In this document: in pieces, positions 38,550 to 48,322 of the stretch
Numbering within the stretch: position 1 is the stretch's first letter
Layout of the letters: every line of letters begins with the position of its first letter
DNA from: an uncultured Gammaproteobacteria bacterium
GTDB taxonomy: Bacteria > Patescibacteriota > Microgenomatia > CAYQLK01
Length of the DNA stretch: 64,000 bases
Assembly (NCBI GenBank): GCA_964404855.1
Contig: CAYOLO010000001.1
Coordinates: 222,894 to 286,893, forward strand
Reading direction: 5' to 3'
Notes under the pieces: generated by a model
The model's input: the letters and a program-made list of their open reading frames with translations, nothing else
What the model was told of the DNA's origin: nothing
Database searches by the model: none
Position numbers and translations under genes: made by a program

Positions 38550-38558
38550 GATTAAATC

Positions 38559-39458
38559 ATGACCAAAAAATTTATTGTCGTTGATGGTAACTCGGTATTT
38601 CACCGTGCATATCACGCTATTCCATATTTGAGCACAAAAAACGGAGAGACTGTGAACGCTGTTTATGGTTTTAGTAGCATTATTTTGCGCACAATAGCTG
38701 AACTCAAGCCAGAGAAAATAGTGGTGGCTTTTGACAGAGCTGCGCCGACATTTAGACACATTGAATACGAGGCATACAAGGCCAAAAGAAGTGTTCCTCC
38801 TGAAGATTTGTATCCACAATTACCTTTAGTTAAAGAGTTTTTGGATTCTTCTGATATTAAGTATTTTGAGTTGGATGGTTATGAGGCTGATGATTTGATT
38901 GCAACAATTGTAACGAAGGTAGAGAGAGATAGTGATGAGCATATTTATATTGTGTCGGGGGATAGAGATGGTTTGCAGTTGGTTAACTCGAGGATTAGGG
39001 TATGGGCGGCAGGGTCAAAGGTAACTGAAGGAATTATTTTTGATTATGACAAGGTTAAAGAACGCTACGGAGTAACACCTGATCAAATAATTACTTATAA
39101 ATCTTTAGTTGGTGACAGCTCTGATAATATTCCAGGAGTTAACGGAATTGGCCCTAAGGGGGCAGCGGATTTGATTAATAGGTTTGGTGACCTTGAAGGA
39201 ATATATGAGAATATTGATCAGATAACAGGTGGTATTAAGCAAAAACTAATTGACGGAAAAGAACAAGCTTTTAAGGCAAGGTCTTTAGTTATTTTGGACA
39301 AGGAAGTGCCGTTTGATTTTGAATGCGAGAATATTCCTTCGGAGATTAATTGGGATGGAATGCATGAATTTTTTAAGAGGTTAGAGTTTAAATCTTTAGT
39401 AGCAAAACTACCTATGGGTGTTGTTAAAAATGATGATAATCAAACTAAATTAATATAA
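38559..39458 (+). CDS. Stand-alone 5'-3' exonuclease / flap endonuclease (Pol I N-terminal domain-like)
   Basis: 'VDGNSVFHRAYHAIP' in a PIN-like domain plus an H3TH region 'LVGDSSDNIPGVNGIGPK'. Confidence 0.8.
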   Translation: MTKKFIVVDGNSVFHRAYHAIPYLSTKNGETVNAVYGFSSIILRTIAELKPEKIVVAFDRAAPTFRHIEYEAYKAKRSVPPEDLYPQLPLVKEFLDSSDIKYFELDGYEADDLIATIVTKVERDSDEHIYIVSGDRDGLQLVNSRIRVWAAGSKVTEGIIFDYDKVKERYGVTPDQIITYKSLVGDSSDNIPGVNGIGPKGAADLINRFGDLEGIYENIDQITGGIKQKLIDGKEQAFKARSLVILDKEVPFDFECENIPSEINWDGMHEFFKRLEFKSLVAKLPMGVVKNDDNQTKLI

Positions 39459-39504
39459 GTAGTTAAAAAGTGTTCATTTGTTTTAGTTTTTATTATTAAA
39501 CCTA

Positions 39505-40599
39505 ATGAAAAAAAATATTAAAATTGCCCTAGTTCACGATTTTTTAACAGAATATGGTGGAGCCGAAAGAGTCCTAGAAACATTAGTTGAAATGTATCCA
39601 TCGGCTAAAGTTTATACTGCTTATTTTGATAAAACTAAGTTTGGTAAAGGTGGAATATATTTAACTGAAACCGAAATTGAAGGAAGCTTGTTTCAAAATA
39701 TTCCATTGTTTCCAAAGATACTTTCACCCATGAGAATATTTGCACCTATGGTGTTTAGGAAGTTTGATTTGAATGGATATGATTTGGTTATTTCTTCGAC
39801 AAATACTTATTTTGCAAAAGCGGTTAATTTTGACAGTGTTCATATTTGCTACTGTCATACACCACCGCGATATTTGTATGGGTATCCAACGGCAAGAAAC
39901 TGGAAAAAGAGTTTTGTCGGCCGAGTCGTGGGAGAATTTATGAATTTTTGGCTAAGGCAGATTGATTTTAATGTTTCACAAAAACCAACGGTAATGATAG
40001 CTAACTCAAAAGAGGTTCAAAAAAGGATTAAGAAATTTTATCGCCGTAATTCGATTGTTGTTTATCCACCAATAGATACTAATAAGGCACAAAAACCTCA
40101 AAAAGGAGAATATTATTTGGTTGTGTCGAGGCTGGCTCGCGCAAAAAGGGTTGATTTGGCTGTAAGGGCAGCGAAAAAGTTAAACACGAAATTATTAGTT
40201 GTTGGAACGGGAATAGAAATGGAGGGGTTAAAAGAAATAGCTGGTAATAAAACGAAGTTTTTGGGCTTTGTGCCAGATAACGAGCTTTGGAAAGTTTATT
40301 CTAAAGCTAAAGCCTTTATTTTTTCAGCTGAAGAAGAAGATTTTGGAATGACGGCTGTGGAGGCGATGGCGGCAGGAAAACCGGTAATTGCTTTAAGACA
40401 GGGTGGAGTTAAAGAATCGGTAGTTGAAGGAGAAACAGGAATATTTTTTGATGAAGCTACAGTAGAAAGTTTGGTAAATGCGATTAAACAATTTGAAAAA
40501 ATGAAGTTTGATACAAATAAAATATTAAATCAGTCGAAAGAATTTTCTAAGGAAAAATTTGAAGAGGGAATTAAGGCAGTAATTGAAAAATATGCCTGA
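39505..40599 (+). CDS. Glycosyltransferase family 4 (GT-B, group 1)
   Basis: It has the 'EDFGMTAVEAMAAGKPVIA' E-x7-E motif. Confidence 0.8.
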   Translation: MKKNIKIALVHDFLTEYGGAERVLETLVEMYPSAKVYTAYFDKTKFGKGGIYLTETEIEGSLFQNIPLFPKILSPMRIFAPMVFRKFDLNGYDLVISSTNTYFAKAVNFDSVHICYCHTPPRYLYGYPTARNWKKSFVGRVVGEFMNFWLRQIDFNVSQKPTVMIANSKEVQKRIKKFYRRNSIVVYPPIDTNKAQKPQKGEYYLVVSRLARAKRVDLAVRAAKKLNTKLLVVGTGIEMEGLKEIAGNKTKFLGFVPDNELWKVYSKAKAFIFSAEEEDFGMTAVEAMAAGKPVIALRQGGVKESVVEGETGIFFDEATVESLVNAIKQFEKMKFDTNKILNQSKEFSKEKFEEGIKAVIEKYA

Positions 40600-41452
40600 G
40601 TTACCTGAGGTTGAAACAATTAAGAGAGGATTGGAAAAGGCAGTAATTGGTTTGAAGCTTATTTCTGTGGAAACTGATAATCCTAAGAAATTTATTGGAG
40701 ATAAGGCGGAAATTATTGGTGCAAAGATTAAAGATGTTAGACGAAGAGCAAAAGTACTAATAATCGACTTTGATAATAATAATTCACTACTAATTCATCT
40801 AAAAATGACTGGTCAATTGATATTTGAAGATTCAAAAGGCGGGCGGATAAAAGGTGGTCATCCGATACCGCCACTTAATTTGCCAGTACCAAATAAATCG
40901 ACACACGCAGTTTTTAAGTTTGATTATGGAGTAATTTATTTTAATGACATCCGAAAGTTTGGTTGGTTATTAGTCACAAAAACAAAAGAAATTGAGCTTT
41001 TGAGTTTTTTTGTTGGACTTGGTCCGGAACCGCTAGAAAGTGGTTTTAGTAAAGATAAGCTAAAAGAGCTTTTGGTTAAGAAAAAGAATTTAAAAATAAA
41101 ACCGACATTGATGGATCAGAAGATTTTGTCGGGAATTGGGAATATTTATGCTGATGAAGCGTTATTTTTAGCTAAAATTCACCCAGAAGAGAGAATATCT
41201 AACTTGGTGGATGGAGACTATTTAGCACTCTATGAGGGAATTATTAAAGCACTTAAAACTGGAATTAAACATAAGGGGGCGTCTGATAGCAGTTATGTTG
41301 ATTTAGGTGGTGAAAAAGGTGTTTTTTTGACTTATGCGAATGTTTATCACAGGACTGGAATGGAGTGTAAGGTGTGTAAAACACTAATTGAGCGTATTGT
41401 GGTTGGCGGAAGGGGGACTCATTTTTGTCCAAAGTGTCAGAAGTTAAAGTAA
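40583..41452 (+). CDS. mutM: Formamidopyrimidine-DNA glycosylase
   Basis: It has the N-terminal 'MPELPEVE' with catalytic Pro2/Glu3 and a C-terminal zinc finger CKVC…CPKC. Confidence 0.85.
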   Translation: MKNMPELPEVETIKRGLEKAVIGLKLISVETDNPKKFIGDKAEIIGAKIKDVRRRAKVLIIDFDNNNSLLIHLKMTGQLIFEDSKGGRIKGGHPIPPLNLPVPNKSTHAVFKFDYGVIYFNDIRKFGWLLVTKTKEIELLSFFVGLGPEPLESGFSKDKLKELLVKKKNLKIKPTLMDQKILSGIGNIYADEALFLAKIHPEERISNLVDGDYLALYEGIIKALKTGIKHKGASDSSYVDLGGEKGVFLTYANVYHRTGMECKVCKTLIERIVVGGRGTHFCPKCQKLK

Positions 41453-41455
41453 ATT

Positions 41456-42502
41456 ATGCTAATTAGAAAACTTAAACTGGTTAACTTCCGTAGCTGGAAA
41501 AAGATTGAATTGGAGTTTAGTTCGGAAACTAATATTATCTGGGGACTTAATGCGTCAGGAAAGACAAATATTCTTGAGGCGATTGCGGTTGTTTCTTTGG
41601 GCAAAAATATTCGTGGTGAATATGAGTCAGAAGTTATTAGGCAAGGCAAGGAAGCAGGTATTGTTGAGGCAAGGGTTGAAAGAAATAGTGAGATTGTAAG
41701 GCTAAGATACTCCATTGGTAAAACAGAGTATGGTAGGGTAAGTAAAAAATTTGCTGTTAATGGAGTCGCAAAAACCAGAAATGCTTTTGTGGGTAATTTG
41801 GCGGTTGTTTATTTTGGACCAGAAGAGCTGGATTTGGTTGTTGGGTCACCAGGACAAAGAAGGAAGTTTTTGGATACTACTTTGTCGATTGCTAGCCGTG
41901 AATATGCCAAGAATCTTTTGGAATACGGCAAAGTGGTTAGGGTAAGAAACAGACTGCTTTTTCGGATTAGGGAAGGCCATTCAAAGCTGAATGAATTGAG
42001 TTTTTGGAATGAAAAAATGCTGGAATTTGGGGAGCAAATAGGAAAAGAACGTGAAGGGTTTTTTTTGTTTATTAATAATTTTGAAAATCCATCCAAAAAA
42101 GTTAATTGGGAGTACAGGCGTTCAGTTTTGGGCAGGCAGAAAATGGCAGATAATTTAAATCGCGAAATAGCGGCTGGTGTTACGTTGTCTGGTCCACACA
42201 GGGATGATTTTAAGTTTTTTGATGGGACTAGGAATTTGGCAAGTTATGGATCAAGGGGCGAACAAAGAATGGCAGTGTTGGCATTAAAAACAGCGGAAAT
42301 TGATTACTTGTCAAAAGTTTTTTCCAGCAAGCCGGTTTTGCTTTTGGATGATATTTTTTCTGAGCTGGACTTAGTAAATCAAGAAAAAGTGTTGGGTCTT
42401 ATAAAAAATCAACAGAGCATTATTACTTCGACAGAAAATCATAACGACCTTAATGGGTTGGAAAATGTGAAGGAGTTTCGAACTAAAGATTTGATTAATT
42501 AA
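41456..42502 (+). CDS. recF: DNA replication and repair protein RecF
   Basis: It has the N-terminal 'LKLVNFRSW…GLNASGKTNILEAI' Walker A and a C-terminal signature/Walker B '…LLLDDIFSELD'. Confidence 0.85.
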   Translation: MLIRKLKLVNFRSWKKIELEFSSETNIIWGLNASGKTNILEAIAVVSLGKNIRGEYESEVIRQGKEAGIVEARVERNSEIVRLRYSIGKTEYGRVSKKFAVNGVAKTRNAFVGNLAVVYFGPEELDLVVGSPGQRRKFLDTTLSIASREYAKNLLEYGKVVRVRNRLLFRIREGHSKLNELSFWNEKMLEFGEQIGKEREGFFLFINNFENPSKKVNWEYRRSVLGRQKMADNLNREIAAGVTLSGPHRDDFKFFDGTRNLASYGSRGEQRMAVLALKTAEIDYLSKVFSSKPVLLLDDIFSELDLVNQEKVLGLIKNQQSIITSTENHNDLNGLENVKEFRTKDLIN

Positions 42503-42703
42503 TAACCTTTTAAGTTAAAGAGATTATAGGTTCTCGCTCAAATTCGCAAAATAATTTGAGTCCCCCAAAATTTTAAGTGAGTGCTCGTTTTCTGGTGAAA
42601 ACTACACCTCGGTTTTGATTCTCAAAAACTCAGTTTGAGCTACAAGCCTTCTTTAATGTGAAACACGCAAAAAAGGAACACTCCTAACTCTCGCAAACTC
42701 AAG

Positions 42704-42731
42704 AAAAAACCCTCCTTTTGAGGGGAGGGTT
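42704..42731 (-). terminator. Intrinsic terminator: CCCTCC/GGAGGG hairpin family member 2
   Basis: The + strand reads AAAAAACCCTCCTTTTGAGGGGAGGGTT, directly downstream of the 42749..42997 minus gene. Confidence 0.6.
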
Positions 42732-42748
42732 GTGGTAAGCGATTAGCT

Positions 42749-42997
42749 TTAGACGGCTCGCGGTGGAAGGTCGATGAGGCCGATGAGGCAGGCCATTCCG
42801 AAGACCGAAAGAAGTATTGCTACTGCTCCGGTTCCGAATACGCCAAATGCCTCGTTGCGACCGAGAGAGAAAAACTCGATGGCTTGATGAGTTGGTTGAC
42901 TGTATGTCGGACGACTTTGTTCTTGGTGTGTACCGAGGGACATTAGTCCAAAGATAGCTCCAAAAACGAGGAAGAAGATTCCGATCGGGATTTCCAC
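42749..42997 (-). CDS. Small two-TM membrane protein, GC-rich
   Basis: An 82-aa ORF with the same architecture as the 17457..17681 gene and elevated GC. Confidence 0.45.
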   Translation of the reverse strand: MEIPIGIFFLVFGAIFGLMSLGTHQEQSRPTYSQPTHQAIEFFSLGRNEAFGVFGTGAVAILLSVFGMACLIGLIDLPPRAV

Positions 42998-43027
42998 GTG
43001 AGATTAAGTCTCCTTTTTGCCGAGGAA

Positions 43028-43510
43028 TTAGGCTTCGCTTGTGCGCATTGCCAGCTTGACTAGCAGGTAAACCCCCGAAAGGATAAGTCCTGCGTATAGC
43101 ATGAACGGATCTTCGTCCATGCTACTGATCATTGCGCCGAGGGTGGCAATTGCGACCATTCCTAAGATGTCTCCAAGGGAGATTCTCCAGAAAAGCCTAA
43201 TCGAGTCCATTTCGTAAGCGTTCACTATTACACCAAGCAGAAGCAAGGCGAAAAGCGGAACGGCGAGAATACAGAGAACGAGGGCGACTTCTTCGATTGC
43301 CAGAAAGTCCTTAAAGAAGTACCACGGCATGGCCGAAGCAAAGACTTTGAGGATAATTTCTGCGATTGAGGGGAAGCGTCTTGGGCACTGTTCGTCTGCT
43401 TTGCGAAACAGCTCTTGGATGTTGTTCCTAAAGAGAAAGATTAGGGCAGCTAAGGAGAGGATGACCCCTCCAAGGTTTTGGATGACCCAGAGAAACACGT
43501 AATAGGGCAA
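43028..43510 (-). CDS. Membrane protein (4-5 TM), hypothetical, GC-rich
   Basis: A 160-aa ORF, co-directional with the small membrane gene and separated from it by 30 nt. Confidence 0.5.
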   Translation of the reverse strand: MPYYVFLWVIQNLGGVILSLAALIFLFRNNIQELFRKADEQCPRRFPSIAEIILKVFASAMPWYFFKDFLAIEEVALVLCILAVPLFALLLLGVIVNAYEMDSIRLFWRISLGDILGMVAIATLGAMISSMDEDPFMLYAGLILSGVYLLVKLAMRTSEA

Positions 43511-43675
43511 CGCTCATTCCTTCTTTTTTGCGCGAGTTAAAGTACAGATCTTACCCACCTATTATATCACATTTTAAGCCTATAGTCAACTGATTTGAAG
43601 CTAAATTTTTGAATTTTAGAAAAGTTTTTATTCTGCGGGAATTGTGCGATAATATGAGTATAATTATAGGTAATT

Positions 43676-44740
43676 ATGATTCAATATCAGCCGAAATTTA
43701 CGATTAATAATCAGATTCTTACTAATATCGCCAATATTGTGGCGGCTAAAGAATTTATTGAAGATGCACCACTTATTCCTGCATGGGAAGCTAAGTTTAG
43801 GCGTGAGGCTATGGAGCGAACTGTTCATCATGGAACGCATTTGGAAGGCAATAAGTTGAATATGGAACAGGCCAAAGAAGTGCTCGATGGAAGGCAGATT
43901 TTGGCAAAACAGGATGATATTCAAGACATTATTAACTATCGGGAGGTTCTTAGTTATATCGATAGTGTGGCTAAAAAGGAAGGAAAATTGACTGAGGAAG
44001 TATTACTTAAAATTCATAGTTTAACGGTTGATAAGTTGTTGCCTGACGACCAAAAAGGGAAGTATCGTACTTTGCAGGTTTATGTGACGAACAGTCGAAC
44101 TGGAGAGGTGTCTTTTACACCACCAAAACCTGAAGAGGTGGCTGGTGAAATTAGATATTTTTTGGATTGGCTTAATTCAAAGGAATCGGAAAATATTCAT
44201 CCGACTCTAAAAGCCGGTGTGGTTCACTATAATTTGGCCAGAATTCATCCGTTTGTTGATGGTAATGGGAGAACTTCTAGGGCGTGTGCAACATTAGTTT
44301 TGTTCTTGTCTGGCTATGATATTAAAAAGTTTTTTGCGTTGGAAGAGTATTACGATATGGATGCAGCTAGTTACTACCAAGCTTTACAGGAAACAAGTAA
44401 TCAGATAGTTGTGAAAGAATCTGAGCGTGATTTGACTGGGTTTTTGGAATATTTTACGAAAGGTCTGGCGGTAGAGCTTATGCGTGTACGAGAAAGAGTT
44501 CAGCATCTCTCTAGTGATTTGAGGCTCAAAAAACGTGTGGGACAGTTGGCTCTGACTGAGAGACAGGCAAAGATTGTGGAATATATTCAATCGTATGGAA
44601 AAATTACAAACAGAGAGTGGAGATCTTTGTTGCCTGACTATTCTGACGATACGGTTTTGAGGGATTTGAAGGATTTGATTAAGAAAAAAATCATTAAGAA
44701 AAAAGGAATGACAAAGTCGGCTGCTTACGTGATGAAATAA
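43676..44740 (+). CDS. Fic-family protein (AMPylation fold) with C-terminal winged-helix domain
   Basis: It has the canonical Fic motif 'HPFVDGNGRTSRA' and a C-terminal HTH-like region. Confidence 0.85.
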   Translation: MIQYQPKFTINNQILTNIANIVAAKEFIEDAPLIPAWEAKFRREAMERTVHHGTHLEGNKLNMEQAKEVLDGRQILAKQDDIQDIINYREVLSYIDSVAKKEGKLTEEVLLKIHSLTVDKLLPDDQKGKYRTLQVYVTNSRTGEVSFTPPKPEEVAGEIRYFLDWLNSKESENIHPTLKAGVVHYNLARIHPFVDGNGRTSRACATLVLFLSGYDIKKFFALEEYYDMDAASYYQALQETSNQIVVKESERDLTGFLEYFTKGLAVELMRVRERVQHLSSDLRLKKRVGQLALTERQAKIVEYIQSYGKITNREWRSLLPDYSDDTVLRDLKDLIKKKIIKKKGMTKSAAYVMK

Positions 44741-44770
44741 AAAAAAGACCCTCCTTTTTAGGGGAGGGTG
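44741..44770 (-). terminator. Intrinsic terminator: CCCTCC/GGAGGG hairpin family member 3, between convergent genes
   Basis: The + strand reads AAAAAAGACCCTCCTTTTTAGGGGAGGGTG. The minus-strand reading gives a hairpin plus T-run. It is 5 nt after the fic stop. Confidence 0.6.
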
Positions 44771-44791
44771 TGAGGTGAGTTGATGTTTTGT

Positions 44792-45373
44792 CTAGCTTGG
44801 TGGGGCCAGATGTTCGATGAGGGCGGTGAACTCGCGAATTTGGCACTGAACCAGACCCGCTCTAAGGTGTTTGGCTAGGGCGTTTACAATTGCAGTGTCG
44901 AACCTTTGGGTGAGTTCGATTTTGGCGACATTACCAGTTGTGGTAATAGAAACCAGCCAATGATCGCCAGCGTTGCCGTGTTTGGTGAGTTCGATTCTCA
45001 GCTCAACTTGGTCAGTGTCAGCCTCTTGATATACAAGAGGGTTTGGTTCAGATAACTTGGCTGTGGTTTTGACGCTCCCTACTGAACCGATTGTTTTTAG
45101 GCCTTCGGTTATGGCAGGCAAAATGGTTTGGGTCAGGAGAATGAAGTGCGGATTTTGAGGGTCTGAGATTCGATGTTTTTCGGCTGTTCCGATCGAAGCA
45201 TCAGTGATATTGCCACAGAAGGCAAAGTGGTTGAGCGAATCGGTTTCGAATCTGACGTTTACACTTGTTCGGAGCATTGTGTTAGCGGTGACCACCTTTT
45301 TGATTAAAGTGCTGTTTTGGGCTTTGCGGATTGAGATTGTAAATATTTTGAGATTCAAATGCAAACAAAACAC
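44792..45373 (-). CDS. Hypothetical protein, GC-rich (start likely at an internal Met)
   Basis: A 193-aa ORF with higher GC than its neighbours and no recognised motif. Confidence 0.4.
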   Translation of the reverse strand: MFCLHLNLKIFTISIRKAQNSTLIKKVVTANTMLRTSVNVRFETDSLNHFAFCGNITDASIGTAEKHRISDPQNPHFILLTQTILPAITEGLKTIGSVGSVKTTAKLSEPNPLVYQEADTDQVELRIELTKHGNAGDHWLVSITTTGNVAKIELTQRFDTAIVNALAKHLRAGLVQCQIREFTALIEHLAPPS

Positions 45374-45582
45374 TTAAAAAGGTAAAAGAGTTACTCGTCA
45401 AAACTTTTCCAAAAACTGCCTCCGGCATTTTTGTCATCAGTTTTGGCTACGTCCTGCGCTTTAGGAGGCCTAAAGCTATAGAATAATCATATTTTATAAG
45501 ACTGTTTTTTTTAGCTTTTTGGATTAAGTGCTTGAATTAACAGTATTAACTGCGAGGTATAGATTTGAGTTAAAATTGTAGT

Positions 45583-47367
45583 GTGAAATTTAGTGAATTG
45601 GCAGCAAGTTTTAATGAAATAGACATGACGGCTTCTCGAAACGAGATGACGGCAATGTTGGCGAACTTGTTTAAAAAGGCAACCCCAGAAGAACTGGAAA
45701 AAATTACGTATTTATCGCTTGGTAGACTTGCGCCTTTGTATGAGCCAATTGAGTTTGGAATGGCGGACAAGTCGGTGGTTATGGCTTTGTCACGCGCTTT
45801 TGATATTAACCAAGCAGAACTTACAAAAGATCTTAAAAGTTTGGGGGATGTGGGAGAGTTGGCGAGAAAGGTTGCAAAAAATGACAATTTTAATGAGAGT
45901 GTGACGGAAGTTTTTGCGAAGCTGTATCAACTTGCTATGGAGCATGGGGCTGGATCGGTTGAGCGTAAAAGTATTATTTTGGCGGACTTATTAAGAAATG
46001 CTGATGAGATATCAGCAAAATATTTGGCAAAAATTCCAACTGGCAAGTTACGGCTTGGGTTTTCGGACATGACAATACTTGATGCTTTGTCTGTGATGGA
46101 GGTTGGAGACAAATCGATAAAAAAGACTTTAGAAAATTTTTATAATTTGGGTCCAGATTTGGGAAGAATTTCAAAAATATTTAAACAAAAAGGGCTGAAA
46201 GGATTGTCTGGAGATTTAATCAAAGTGGGAACTCCGGTTTTGATGGCAAGGTGTGAAAGGTTAAATGATGCAAAAGAAATTTTGGAAAAGTCTGGAGGAA
46301 AAGTTGCTTTGGAGCCCAAATATGATGGTTTTCGGTTGCAGGTTCATTTGGATAGAAAAGGCGGGCTTAAAACCAGAGATAAGGATGGGGAAATAATAAG
46401 TGCCAAGGTTAAGCTTTTTACGCGTAATTTGGAAGATGTGACTTACATGTACCCTGATATTGTTGAGGGAACACTAAAGGAGGTTAAGGCAGATAGGGCG
46501 ATATTTGAAGGTGAGGCTCTAGCATATGAGGAATCGACGGGAGAGTTTAGACCTTTTCAAGAGACGGTACAGAGAAAGCGTAAGCATGGAATTGAGGCAA
46601 AAGTATTAGAAATACCGCTAAGGCTTTTTGTGTTTGAATTTTTGTATTCAGATGGGGTGAGTTTAATTGATGAGCCTTATGAGAAAAGACGAGAAACTAT
46701 GAGAAAGAGTTTTAATCAGGGAGAGATTGTGGTTTTGTCTGAAGAGGTTGTAGCTACGACAGAAAAGGAAATAGAGGATTATTTTGTTCGAGAGATTGAG
46801 CGTGGTTTGGAGGGAATTGTTGCAAAGAAACTAGATGGAGTTTATCAGGCAGGAGCTAGAGGCTGGAACTGGATTAAGTATAAGAGGGGATTTTCTGGTA
46901 AGAATTTAACAGACACCATTGATTGTGTTGTGCTTGGTTATGATTACGGAAGCGGAAAAAGGGCAAAATTTGGAATTGGGGATTTTTTGATTGGTGTTTA
47001 TGACGAAGAGAATGATTGTTTTACAACAATTGCAAAAGTAGGGACTGGTTTAACTGATGAGGAGTGGGTGAATATTCGTGAGTCTCTAGACAAAATAAAA
47101 ACGGACGGAATACCTAAGAATGTTGTGGTTAAAAAATTAGCAGAGGTTGACGTTTGGGCTGATCCTCAAATTGTGGTTGTGATTAGGGCTGACGAAATAA
47201 CTAAATCGCCAATGCATACTACGGCAGAAAAAGACGGGTTAGGATTAGCTCTTAGGTTTCCTAGGCTAATTGAGTTCGGTAGAAAAGATAAAAAACCAAC
47301 CGACGCAACCTCTGTAAAGGAGATTATTTCGATGTACAATGGACAGAAGAAACAAAAGTCTACATGA
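45583..47367 (+). CDS. ATP-dependent DNA ligase (archaeal/eukaryotic Lig1-like architecture)
   Basis: It has the motif I adenylation lysine 'KYDGFRLQVH', an N-terminal DNA-binding domain and a C-terminal OB domain. At 594 aa it is Lig1-sized. Confidence 0.85.
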   Translation: MKFSELAASFNEIDMTASRNEMTAMLANLFKKATPEELEKITYLSLGRLAPLYEPIEFGMADKSVVMALSRAFDINQAELTKDLKSLGDVGELARKVAKNDNFNESVTEVFAKLYQLAMEHGAGSVERKSIILADLLRNADEISAKYLAKIPTGKLRLGFSDMTILDALSVMEVGDKSIKKTLENFYNLGPDLGRISKIFKQKGLKGLSGDLIKVGTPVLMARCERLNDAKEILEKSGGKVALEPKYDGFRLQVHLDRKGGLKTRDKDGEIISAKVKLFTRNLEDVTYMYPDIVEGTLKEVKADRAIFEGEALAYEESTGEFRPFQETVQRKRKHGIEAKVLEIPLRLFVFEFLYSDGVSLIDEPYEKRRETMRKSFNQGEIVVLSEEVVATTEKEIEDYFVREIERGLEGIVAKKLDGVYQAGARGWNWIKYKRGFSGKNLTDTIDCVVLGYDYGSGKRAKFGIGDFLIGVYDEENDCFTTIAKVGTGLTDEEWVNIRESLDKIKTDGIPKNVVVKKLAEVDVWADPQIVVVIRADEITKSPMHTTAEKDGLGLALRFPRLIEFGRKDKKPTDATSVKEIISMYNGQKKQKST

Positions 47368-47747
47368 GTGAAATGTCAGGTGCTCCTCTTCAATCAGAAA
47401 TGATCGAGGGCAAGTCTCAAGGTCAAGGGGATAGTCAGTTGCTTGCGGCTCTAGGTTGTTTTTATCTGTTTTCCGTTTTGGTTGTACTACTAAAGCCTAA
47501 AGATCAGTTTGTTTTATGGTATGCCAAACATGGTGTTTTGTACACTGGTTTAGCTATTTTTTTCTGGATAACAACTTTTTTTGGAATACTTTCGATTTTT
47601 GGACTAATTGGTGAGTTGGTGGTACTTGCTTTGGCGGTAACTAGTTCCGCAAAAGCAATGACTGGGGAAAAATATTTAATTCCACATGTGTCACCAATTG
47701 CAGCCAAAATTGAGCTTAAATGGCTAACTGATATATTGCAAAAGTAA
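47364..47747 (+). CDS. Small membrane protein, paralog of the next gene (DUF4870-like)
   Basis: It has a TM core and a C-terminal 'KAMTGEKYLIP' resembling the downstream paralog's 'KAYQGETYKLP'. Confidence 0.45.
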   Translation: MSEMSGAPLQSEMIEGKSQGQGDSQLLAALGCFYLFSVLVVLLKPKDQFVLWYAKHGVLYTGLAIFFWITTFFGILSIFGLIGELVVLALAVTSSAKAMTGEKYLIPHVSPIAAKIELKWLTDILQK

Positions 47748-47822
47748 CAAGGTTAGGGTAAAAAGAACAGGTAATTTTTATAATGCTATAGAGAATTTTT
47801 GGAAGGGGGTGTTTGAGGGAAA

Positions 47823-48170
47823 ATGGCAAAAACTAATGTAAATAATCCAATGTCAATTGTTGCTTACCTTTGGTTTGTTGGGGCAATTATTGTTTTGGTT
47901 CAGAACCCATCGGACAAATTTTTGAAATTTCATGCATGGCAATCAATATATCTATCAGGTGTTTGGATTGCTGTTTGGATAGTACTGAATATTGTTATGG
48001 GGGCAATGTACAATCCTTATAATGGATTGGGTCTACTTGGACTTCTAACTCCGCTATTATCATTGACTTTCTTGGTCGCTTGGATAATGTGTGTTGTAAA
48101 GGCATATCAAGGAGAAACCTACAAGCTTCCGGTAATTGGTGATATGGCAGAGAAACAAGCTGCTAAGTAA
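47823..48170 (+). CDS. DUF4870-like small membrane protein
   Basis: It has the 'KFHAWQSIYLS' conserved motif and 3 TM helices. Confidence 0.5.
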   Translation: MAKTNVNNPMSIVAYLWFVGAIIVLVQNPSDKFLKFHAWQSIYLSGVWIAVWIVLNIVMGAMYNPYNGLGLLGLLTPLLSLTFLVAWIMCVVKAYQGETYKLPVIGDMAEKQAAK

Positions 48171-48322
48171 AAGTTTGGTAAAAATTTTGTTACCAAACAA
48201 CGAAATTAACAACTAAATAGAGGCTGCACTGTACGCTTACTTGTGAGGTGTTTTAGGAAATCTACGCAAAAATTACGGCAGAGCGGCCTCTTTTTTAATG
48301 CAGTTTTGTATAGAATAAGTGG

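Noticed and set aside
43664-43924. 86-aa minus-strand ORF overlapping the start of the fic gene
   Set aside because: It is antisense to a well-supported Fic CDS with no motif, so it is spurious.
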